A DNA stretch of 45,110 nucleotides from Reclinomonas americana ATCC 50394 (taxonomy: Eukaryota). Numbering within the stretch: position 1 is the stretch's first letter; each line of letters starts with the position of its first letter. This document shows positions 35,896 to 45,110 of the stretch, one piece after another. A program made the position numbers and the translations under genes. A model generated the notes under the pieces. It saw only the letters and a list, made by a program, of their open reading frames with translations. It did not search any database and was not told where the DNA came from. The stretch is taken from positions 103,817-148,926 of the forward strand of contig PS015218.1 in the NCBI GenBank assembly GCA_048213135.1, given 5' to 3'.

Positions 35896-37523
35896 ATGGC
35901 CGGCAGTCATGGACTCGATCTGCCTCGCTTCCTGCACTCGGTGTACTTTGAGTCGTTGCGTGCCACGAGTGAAAAGTGTGCCGGCGCCTCACAAAACACG
36001 CACACTCGTTTACACATGCAAACGCAGACAAGAGATGGCCATGTGTGCAGTGCACGCAGTCAACTCGCTCCTGCAAGGTACCGCTATCATGCACACAATG
36101 CTCACACACTTTGCATTGCTTTTCTCACTTTCAATGATAAGGCGCCTATGTGACCGAGGTTGATCTCGCCGATCTTGCACGCCAGGTGGAGGCACAAGAG
36201 GCGAGAGCGATCGCCGACGTGCTGGGATCCGACTCGCAGGCGTACCTCGACTACCTGGGCGTTGCGTTCACACATGGTGTGTGTTGCACTGTGTGAGGAC
36301 GACGACTGACAGCTGTGAGATCGCAGCGCGACAGTGAGCACATGTCGCCCGACGGAAACTTTTCTGTTGTGTACTCGACCGCGAGAGTGTGTGTATGTGT
36401 GTTGCGCTGATGCACCTCTGTGTGTGCGCGCGCGCAGGTGCAAACCATCCAGGCGGCACTCGATCCGTGGGAACTGCAGCTGCTGACGATTGACGGGGAG
36501 GGAGCGGATCGAGCTGCCATTCGACGAGCTCCCGAGTCCGAGACGGCCTTGTTGCGTCGTCGAAGGGGGGAGAGTGAGTGAGCAGTGCTGTGTGTTGACG
36601 CACTGCGGCATGCACAGTTTGTGCAACCAGGGCAATCACTGGTTCGCCATGCGACACTTTGGAGCGGCGTTAGGTGGACCCTGGCTCAACCTGAACAGCT
36701 GCCTGAAGCAGCCCGAGTTGCGTAGGGCATTGCTCAGCACCGCCGTTGAATGTGCACACAGCTGATCGCCTGTCTCTTCGTGCACCAGGTTCGTGTCGGA
36801 CTTTTACCTGGCCGCCTTTATTGAGCAGCTTCGTCTCGAGGGGTACACCGTGTTTGCCGTGCGCGGTGAGTCGATCCGCTCACTACTACTACCTCTTCCT
36901 CCTTGCTGGTGACTCACTTGGCTGTGGCACACAGGCAATTTGCCGCCGTGCGATGCCGACGAAATGGCGATGCAACTCAAGCTCGAGGAGTTTGAGCGCG
37001 AGGCACCACCGCCGTCACCGGCCGATCAGCAGAACCCGTTTGCGGTCAGTCCGGGACTGCGTCGAGTGGCGTCGGAGACGGATGAGTTGATTCAGCGTGC
37101 GCTGCGCGAGAGTCTATACTCGGGCGTCGGCTCACCCGGCGATCCGCTGCCGACCATCACCCGCCGCTCGCCGATGGGATCCCCAACGGGTTCTTCGCCA
37201 GCACCTCCGGAGCCATCAGCTCGTGAACCTGCTGCTGCAGCGGTGGTCATTCCCGAATGTCCGCCCGAGCCGCCAGCCGGCGAGGGTGTGGTGACGATCA
37301 AGTTCCGATGTCCGGCGTACGCGGCAGTGCACAACAAAGTGCGCCGCTTCTCGAGCTCATCGCCGTGCCAGGTGCGTCGCCAGCGCAGCAACGCTNNNNN
37401 NNNNNNNNNNNNNNNGTTCTCGCGCTGCAAGATGGTGGAGGCTGCGTGCAACCGGAAGCCGGTGGTCTGCATCTGCGAGGCGCAGTAATCGAAAATGACC
37501 TGCACCAATGTCAGCACAGGAGC

Positions 37524-37556
<33 letters not shown>

Positions 37557-37633
37557 NNNNNNNNNNNNNNNNNNNNACTCTCGATGCCAGTGGTCTCCGT
37601 GGGCAGGTGCTCGTGCTGGTCGATGCCATGTGA
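35896..37633 (+). CDS. Ataxin-3-like Josephin deubiquitinase with UIM and C-terminal UBX-like domain
   Basis: YFESQEMAMCAVHAVNSLLQG, DGNFSVQTI, AFLCNQGNHWFAMR and WLNLNS give the Cys-His-Asn triad. UIM: DELIQRALRESL. UBX-like: TIKFRCP..VRRFSSS..VIFDY..FRL..TLDASGL, with part of the last exon in the inverted segment 37416-37556. Confidence 0.88.
37416..37556 (-). other. Second N-flanked segment inverted relative to its host gene
   Basis: The minus strand carries a CT tract, ctgac, cag|VIFDYCASQ..QREN, which joins in frame to TLDASGL at 37577 on +. Confidence 0.85.
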
Positions 37634-37801
37634 TTTTGTAACTTTAGATGCAATCCACAACCACAGTAAGAGGAGGAATGAGTACACCATGCTGATACAA
37701 TCATTCAACAACATCGAGAAAAAACAATCAGCACGGCGCTTGTTCTCTCTGCACGCGAACGTGAGAGGCTTGTTGCGTAAAAAAGAAGGCGGCTCGGTCG
37801 G

Positions 37802-38966
37802 TTAGCCGGCGGCGAGGCGCACAAGCGCCTCGTACACCATCAGCGCAATGCCAAACAGCGGCCCGATGATGAGTACACGCGGCGTGGCGCCGCGGAACAG
37901 ACCCTTCATGCCCTCATCCTGGTACAGCTTGGCAGCCGTCGGCATAATGTACAGCTTGACAGGCGAGTGCTGGATCTTGGTCTTGATGCAGTCGGCCGGT
38001 GTCGACAGGAAGGCGGCCACCATACCTATGTCACGATAAGGAAAGGAGAAGGAGCGTGTGAAATGCAGGGTGACGCACCGGCAGCCGTGCTGGCCGTCAG
38101 CGTCTTCAGCGGGCCGAGCGAGCCCGTCTCCTGGTACCACGTCTGCTTGCCTTTTGTGCATGAAGAGAGTGCGTGTGTGTGAGAGAGAGAGAGGGCGACA
38201 CGCACACCGTGAGCCGCGCGCGCTCACCCATGGCATACATCGCAAAGTACATGATCGAGAATGGCACATCACGCAGCAGCGTGGCGCACGTGCCACGGTA
38301 AACGCCGGCCAGTCCGCCCACCGTCTTGTAGGTGTCCGCAAGTCCCTTACCGCCGGTCTGCCCACCGATCTTGAAGAGCTCCATCGGCGTGGTGACAATC
38401 ACCTGGCACATGCCGGCGAAACCACCAGCAAACATCTCCTGCGCAATCTTGCCGGGCGTGGTGTCGTTGCAGCCGAGTCTGCGCCTTGTTACATCGTTGA
38501 CGGTGATCTTCAGCGCCTTCTCCGGGCTGTCGCGCGAGTCAGCGCACGCAGGAGAGAAGAGCAAGAGAATGGGGGGAAAGAAAGACGCAACATGATACCA
38601 ATGAGGTTGGCGGGCAGACCGTGATACAATCGCAGGTAGCCCTCGCGCGGCACAATGTCGCGCAGAGCGGCTCCAATGGTGCCATACACGCCATTCTGGA
38701 TCAGAGTCTTGCACGTGTCCAGTGGGAACATGCAGCTGGCGCCTGGAACAAACAAACAAACAACAATGATGATGATTACAATGAAACGGAATCCGTGAAT
38801 CGTGTGAGTAAAGAGAGAGTGTGAGAGTGTATGTGTGTGTGTGTGTGTGCCACGCACCGACCATGCCAGAGAAGCCAGAGAAGAGCAGCTTGGTGCCGAA
38901 ACTCAGCTTGGCGAGGCGCGCCTGGCGCTCTTCCTCGGCCTTGGCCGCAGCAATGCCTGGGCTCAT
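37802..38966 (-). CDS. Mitochondrial carrier (SLC25), glutamate-carrier-like
   Basis: Three Px[DE]xx[KR] signatures (PLDTCK, PMELFK, PADCIK), NLIGI.PEKALK, RDVPFS and LFRGATPRVL. The start is tentative. Confidence 0.9.
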
Positions 38967-39295
38967 CTGTGTGAGAGAGAGGGAAGGAGAGCAGGTGAGT
39001 TGTGGTGTGTTGCACAGCTGTTGTCTTGTGCGCGCACACACCGCAAAAACTTTTGTGTTCGTCTGTCCACAACTCCGTCCGTCTCATTCAATGGACGCCG
39101 TTTCTGTGCACGCCACGACCTGCTTCCTTCTCTTTCGGCAGACAAAAGAGATGCCTTTTTGCTTGCGGTTGTTTTTATAATGTACGACACGAGAGAGAGA
39201 GAGAAAGAGAGGAGAGGAGAGAGAGAGAGGAGAGGGAGTGGAAAAATGACACAACAAAATAATGTAGAGTTGCACGATCGGTGCAGAGGCAGCGG

Positions 39296-40603
39296 TTACT
39301 TGGACACGTTGGCCAGGCCCTCCAGTTGCGCCTTGAGCTGCTGGTTCTGCTTGCGCAAGAACGTCATTTCATCCTGCAAAGCGGAGGTGAGCACACAACG
39401 ATCAGCCGCTGTCTGTGGTCGGTGGTGCAAACCTGATGCGTCTTCTCATCGAGTGCCCTCCGCTCGGCCTCCTTCTTGGCATTGGCCTCGATACGGGCCT
39501 TGAGTTCCTGCACCTGTCGCGACAGCTCCTCCTTCTCGCTCTCCAGATGCAACACTCGCCTCTCCAGCTCGCCCTTGCCCTGCTCCGCCTGCAACGCCTT
39601 GCGCATACCAAACGCAATGGCGCTCTCATACAGCGTCCGGTACGCCGCCACCGTCATTCGCATCTCATCGCGCACACGCAGCAGCAACAGTCCACGCTCC
39701 GCGCACGTAATCGTCACTTGTCGAATCAACTCGTCTGACACAAAAAGAGGCAAATGAGCTACAAGTAGTGTNNNNNNNNNNNNNNNNNNNNNNNNNNNNN
39801 NNNNNNNNNNNNNNNNNNNNNNNNNNNNNNNNNNNNNNNNNNNNNNNNNNNNNNNNNNNNNNNNNNNNNNNNNNNNNNNNNNNNNNNNNNNNNNNNNNNN
39901 NNNNNNNNNNNNNNNNNNNNNNNNNNNNNNNNNNNNNNNNNNNNNNNNNNNNNNNNNNNNNNNNNNNNNNNNNNNNNGTAAGAAAGGAAAGGAAGGAGGG
40001 GGCGCACCAAAGCACTGTCCATAGAGCTCCTCGCGAATGGGGCAGATGCCGGTCTCGCGGGCCTGTCTGCGCTTGAGCTGCTGATCGAGGTACTCTTGCA
40101 GGTTGATCACGTCCAAGCGTGTGCCGGGCGTGCTCGACACGTACTGAATCCACTTCTGCCCGCCCTCGTCCCACTCGCGCGGCGGCAGAATCGAGTTGAG
40201 AATGTCCTCGGTTTGCGCCATTTGTGACTTTTCCTGCACGGGCGGCAGAGTGCCACCCTAACAAAGAGAAAGAAAGAAAGAAAGAAAAGGCATCAAGTCA
40301 GTTTACAAAAAAATCAAAAGGCGGGAGAAGAGATGAAAGANNNNNNNNNNNNNNNNNNNNGACACAGGCGAGAGAGCTTGCTCTTCTCTTGTTGCTCAGT
40401 GTGCGTGTGTGTGTGTGTGTGCAAGAGAAGGAGAAGGCGCGCCATGGCGGTGACAGATCTCTCTCTCTTCTCTTCTCTCTCACCTTTGCGCCTTTCCGGT
40501 TGACGCCCTTGACCTTCTTCTTGGACTCGCTGACGAGCACTGCAGGCTCGTAGCGCACCAGCGACGGGGCCGCTTGTGGCACACCAGATGATGATCCAAT
40601 CAT
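39296..40603 (-). CDS. DNALI1: Axonemal inner-arm dynein light chain p28
   Basis: SLVRYEPAVLVS, TEDILNSILPPREW, TRLDVINLQE, RQARETGICPIREELYGQCF|DELIRQVTI.CAERGLLLLRVRDE and YESAIAFGMRKALQAEQGK. Confidence 0.96.
39772..39977. other. Assembly gap within a DNALI1 intron
   Basis: Run of N; the exons on either side join as CF|DELIRQ. Confidence 0.95.
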
Positions 40604-40796
40604 TTGTCACTCGCACTCTCACTGACACACACTCACACAAACAGAGAAAGCAAGAGGGGATACTAGACGCAGTAGTGGTACAACAACAGCAACAGCAAAC
40701 GAGCGAGGAGCGCGCGCTTTTCTTCAAGTTAAACGACCAGCGGAATCCGTCGCTTGCAATGGACTGGTGGATTTCGCGCTCACACTGCCTTCTTCC

Positions 40797-43700
40797 ATGG
40801 CCAACACGGCGTCGCTTGCCAACAGCGTGATCAACCTGCTTGCGTTGCGCGAGGCCACGCGACATGAGCTCATGGATGTGCTGGGCTCGGTGTGTGTGTG
40901 TGTTCCGCGCGCGCAAACATGTCTCTCTCTCTTTGTGTGTGACACTCTCTGCCTCTGTGCGTGTGTGTGTGTGCGTGCAGATGAATGGCAAGAAGGCGCT
41001 GATTCTCGACCCGCAACTCATTGGCCCGCTGGATCACATTGCGGAGGTTTCTCTCCTGCGAGTTGCGTCTGATAGACTTCTTCTTGTCTCTCTCTCCACT
41101 CTCTCACACTCTCTCTTTTGTGTGTGATTAGGAGAATGGAGTGGAGAGCATCTTCCGTTTGTCGCCTGAGCCGGTGCCGACGGATCTCAAGAATTTTCTG
41201 TACTTGGTGCGACCGCGCATGGAGCTCATGCGGGATATTGCGGCGCACATTCATGCGCATCAGGAGGCCGGCACGGCCTCGAATCGGTGTGTGGGAGAAG
41301 GAGGGGAAAGGGGGAGCAGAAGGGGGGGAGAGGCAAAGGGGGAAAAGGCGGAGAGGCGGAAATACGTCTGTCTGTTCGAGCTGTCAGAGCTCTCGTGTCT
41401 GGAGAGAGAGCGAGAGAGGCTGAGTTGAGGAGCAGCAAGGCTTGCTGTGAGAGTGTAGTCTTGCATCTCATTCGCAACTCGCCATGCGAATAGAGGGAGA
41501 GGAGGGGGGAAATACGTCTGTTCGACCTGGCAGAGTGGCTCGTGTCTCGCCCGCAACTACTGACATACGTGCGAAGAGAAGCGAGATAGCGTTGAGGAGC
41601 AGCAAGGCTCGCTGAGTGAGAGTGCAGTCTTGCATCTCATCTGCAACTCGCCATGCAGAAAGAGGGAGAGGAGGGGGAAATACGTCTGTTCGAGCTGTCA
41701 GAGCTCTCGTGTCTCGCCCGCAACTACTGACATTCGTGAGGAGAGAAAGAGCGAGGGACAGAGTTGAGGAGCAGCAAGGCTTGCTGAGTGAGAGTGCAGT
41801 CTTGCATCTCATCCGCAACTCGCCATGCAGAGAGAGGGAGAGGAGGGGGGACATACGTCTGTTCGAGCTGTCACAGTGGCTCGTGTCTCGCCCGCAACTG
41901 CTGACATACGTGCGGAGAGAAGCGAGATAGCGTTGAGGAGCAGCAAGGCTCGCTGAGTGAGACTGCAGTCTTGTGCTTTATGCAACTCACCATGCGGAGA
42001 GAGAGAGAGAGAGAAAGAGAGAGGGCTCGAGGAAGACTGCAGTCTTGAGCCTCACAGCTGAAATAGTCGCAACCTGCATTCAGTGCATTGCAGAGAGTGA
42101 ATGACAGGAGCAGCTTTCCTTGCAGCTGAGGAACGCATTCGCACGTTGATGACGACAACCATCTACACGATGCATGCTGTCGTGCAATCTAGCACTGTGT
42201 CTCTCTCTGTATGTGTGTGTGCGTCTCTCTTCTTCTCTCGCCCACACACACACACAGCGAGAGAGAGAGAGGGAGATTCCTCGCACAGAAGCTGGGTCAC
42301 TCTGGTTCAGGAGCGAGATGCAACCAACCCGTGTCTCCCTCTCTTCCTTTCTCTCTCTCTCTCCTCTCCCATCTTCTCTTTCCCTTCCCCCCTCTCCCTT
42401 CCCCTCTCCCTCTCCCTCTCCCATTCTCGCTCCCTCCCCCTCCACTGACCTCTTGACTTGCATACACGCAGAAACTACTCGGTGTTCTTTGTGCCGCGTC
42501 GCACACTGATCTGCGAGCGCGTGCTGGAGGAGGAGGGTGTCTTTGGCAATATCCTTTTTCCCCCCACCCACCCATCCGTCTTCTGCGTTACAATGTTGTT
42601 CGTCCTTGACTCTGCTGTCTTTCTCTTCCCCTCGCTGCACGTGTGACGACTGGTGAGTTCAACATGACGTTCCTGCCGTTCGACGACGACATTCTGTCGA
42701 TGGAGTTGGAGAGCTCGTTCCGCGAGTGTTTCTTGGTGTGTTGACTCTCGCCTCTGATGCTGGTGTGTGTGGATGGATAACTCACGTGCGCGAATCGTGC
42801 AGGAGGGCGACCGCACCTCGTTGTACTACGTGGCGCGTGGCCTCGTGTCACTACAGCTGGTGTTTGGCACCATTCCACACATAAAAGCCAAAGGCGACTG
42901 CGCCAAGGTCTGTCTCTTCCTCCGCCACTACCACCACCTCCTCGTTGACTCATCGACTGATAACTCGGCGCAGCATGTGTATGATCTCATGACACGCATG
43001 AGAAAGGAGTCGCCGAGAGACGTGTTTGCTGCGCCACCAGAAATCGACTCACTGTTCCTGCTCGACCGCACCGTGGACATGACGACACCACTCATCACGC
43101 AGCTGACATACGAGGGCCTCATTGATGAGATTTTCGGTGTCTCGCACGGCTACGTCGACATTGAGGTGCGATGACCGAGTTATTCATCACGTCGCCCGTA
43201 TTTGTACATGACCCTTGCCATCGCCCACAGGTGGAAGTGCCGATTGCTGATCCGGCGGCTGGCGGAGAGGGTGGCGAAGGCAGCAGCAGCGCGGCTTCGT
43301 CTGCCACACAGCGCAAGAAACAAAAGATCCCGCTGAACTCGAACGACCGAGTGTTTGTCGACATCCGCGACCAGAACTTTGCCGCCGTCGGTGCCATCCT
43401 CAACCGCAAGGCCCTGTACATCAACGAGAACTACGAGGCGCGGCATCGCGTGCAGACGGTCAGCGAGATTCGCGATTTCATGAAGCGCTTCCCGCACTTG
43501 CAAGAGGAGCACCGCTCTCTCGGCTGGCACATCCAGCTGGCGCAGCGCATCACCGAGGTCACCAACGAGAAGGACTTCCGACAGCACCTCTCCATCGAGC
43601 AAGGTACGACGAGGAGCAGCCGTTTGCAGGAGTGTGGTTGTTTGTTGATTGACCAGCGCAGACATTATTCTGGGCGAGAACGAAAAGGCGGTGCAGGAGT

Positions 43701-45110
43701 ACATTGAGGAGCTGATCAACAAGAGTGACCCGCTCTCACGCGTGCTGCGCCTGCTGTGCTTGTGGTCGGTGGTCAGCAACGGTCTGAAGCCCAAGGTGTT
43801 TGACTCGTTCCGCAAGGAGATCATGCAGGTCAGTTGAAGAACATGAGGGAGTATTGTTGCCACTGCCTGTCTTCTGTGGCTGACTGGAGCTGTGATGTGC
43901 ACAGTCATACGGCTACGAGACCGTGTTGACATTGTACAATCTGGAGAAAATGGGTCTGCTGCGGCGGCAAGAAGCGTGCGTGTGCTTTTTCTTTCTTGCC
44001 TGTACCTTGTGATGTCCCCCTTGCTGACTTTGGTCCCCTCGGTAGTCGCACCAACTGGAGCGCCATTCGCCGCTCGATGCGTCTGATTGTGGAGCGCAGC
44101 GATGATCAGCACCCGACGGACATCTCATACGTGTGCTCGGGATACGCGCCGCTCTCATGTCGCATCATTGAGAGCACATTCGGCGCCGGCGGTTTCAGCA
44201 GCATCATGGACACGCTGCGTGCGCTGCCGGGTGCGATTGTGCAGGAGAACCAGGAGCTGCCACCGAGCATTGTGCGCCCTGGTGAGTGGCACTTGTTTTT
44301 TGCGAGCGCAGAGTGGAGACACAGAGGCTGACCACTGCTGATGGTGCAGGTGAGGCCATTGCACAAACCGGTGTCGGTCGCCAGCGCAAGGTGGTGCTGG
44401 TCATGTTTATCGGCGGCGTCACCTTTGCCGAGATTTCCGCTCTGCGATTCATCAGCCGGCAAGAGGATTGTTGCGTCTCTCTTTCTCCCATCAATCTTTT
44501 CTCAGTCATGCACGAGACAGAGAGAGAGTGTGTGTCTCTCTGTGTGTGTATGCGTGTGGCTCTCCGTGTTACCCTCCTTCCTTCTCCTTGTTGTCGCTAT
44601 TGCGTTTCTCCTACTTCTCGTTGCCCGCCTTCACTTTCTTGATGCTGTTCTTCTTCTTCGTTGCTCCTGCTCCTCCTCCTTGTTCTTCTCCTCTCATTTC
44701 TTCTTCTTCTGCTCCTGCCGCTTCTTCCTTCGTCCCTCTTCTCTTTTTCTTCTTGTACGCATTCTTTAAGCTCTTGCTCTCCTTCCTCCTCCTTTACTTT
44801 TTCTTCTACTCCTCCATCTTCTCCTTCCTCTTCTTCATCTTATTCTTCATCATGTGCTCCTTCCTCTTTTTTCTTGTTCTTCTTCCTTCTCCCTCCTCTC
44901 CTCCTTCTCTTCTTATTCTCCCCCTCCTTTCCTCCTAGTTCTTCCCCTCCTCCCTCCTCTACCTCGCGCTCACTCACGCACGCTGCAGCCAACGTGGACT
45001 TTATCATTGCCACCACCAAGTTGATTTCCGGTACGTCATCCATGAGCTCGCACACAAACACAGAAGAGGGCCCGCTGGCACTGACACTACACATCGACAA
45101 CACACACACA
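40797..45110 (+). CDS. VPS33: Sec1/Munc18-family protein VPS33 (3' end beyond the window)
   Basis: GKKALILDPQLIGPL, FFVPRRTLICERVLEEEGV, PFDDDILSME, LDRTVDMTTPLITQLTYEGLIDE, IRDQNFAAVG, DISYVCSGYAPLS and FIGGVTFAEISALRF. Confidence 0.94.
41345..42055. repeat. Intronic tandem repeat, about 4 units of 150-173 bp plus a partial unit
   Basis: The anchor atacgtctg recurs at ~41361, 41511, 41679 and 41852; each unit has gttgaggagcagcaaggct and gcaactc(g/a)ccatgc. It lies in VPS33 intron 41287-42471. Confidence 0.93.
42549..42640 (+). other. U12-type (minor spliceosome) AT-AC intron in VPS33
   Basis: 5' ATATCCTTTTT, branch-like TCCTTGAC at 42603-42610, 3' CAC. Removal gives the in-frame EEEGVFGSVTTGEFNMTFLPFDDD. 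Confidence 0.9.
44570..44965 (+). repeat. Pyrimidine-rich low-complexity tract (CTT/CCT-rich) in VPS33 intron 44470-44988
   Basis: About 400 bp of ttc/ctc/cct. The reverse strand reads as K/E/R-rich codons interrupted by stops. Confidence 0.8.

Noticed and set aside
41345-42055. CRISPR-like array
   Set aside because: Whole units are homologous with no unique spacers, the context is a eukaryotic intron, and there are no cas genes.
4585-44475. Reading the GTTGCG sites as non-canonical G|TT...AGN| introns
   Set aside because: Shifting both ends by one base would change conserved residues (Josephin F to L, SPEF1 L to V, FSH1 H to R, PH Y to D); GT-AG fits better.
1-45110. Alternative genetic code, tRNA or rRNA genes
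   Set aside because: Spliced genes translate cleanly with the standard code (TGA and TAA stops in conserved genes), and no tRNA or rRNA signatures were seen.

Overview
Gene-dense, GC-rich nuclear DNA from a flagellated eukaryote (it encodes p28/DNALI1, SPEF1 and a TTLL10-like ligase; the lineage cannot be assigned from sequence alone). It uses the standard genetic code, has many short CA/GT-rich introns and several N gaps. Splicing by hand gives about 15 genes: Ubl-like/NACHT/pentapeptide/WD40 (NLR-like), a double-PH + multi-EF-hand protein, an SDR, PRPF6, an unknown protein, NlpC/P60-TTLL10, an orphan inside a direct-repeat-flanked insert, an FSH1-RWD-OBG GTPase fusion, SPEF1, RPL37A, a long coiled-coil protein, Josephin-UIM-UBX, an SLC25 carrier, DNALI1 and VPS33 (3'-partial). 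The strongest unusual signal is in splicing. By my hand count about 38 of roughly 120 introns start with a +1-shifted donor, GTTGCG, and every one follows an exon ending in A, C or T, whereas exons ending in G use ordinary GTGCGT/GTGTGT/GTACG-type donors. Also seen: one AT-AC U12-type intron, a 1.3 kb insert flanked by ~130 bp direct repeats, an intronic ABAB tandem repeat, and two N-flanked segments inverted relative to their host genes. All gene models, counts and family calls are by eye, with no database search or transcript data.
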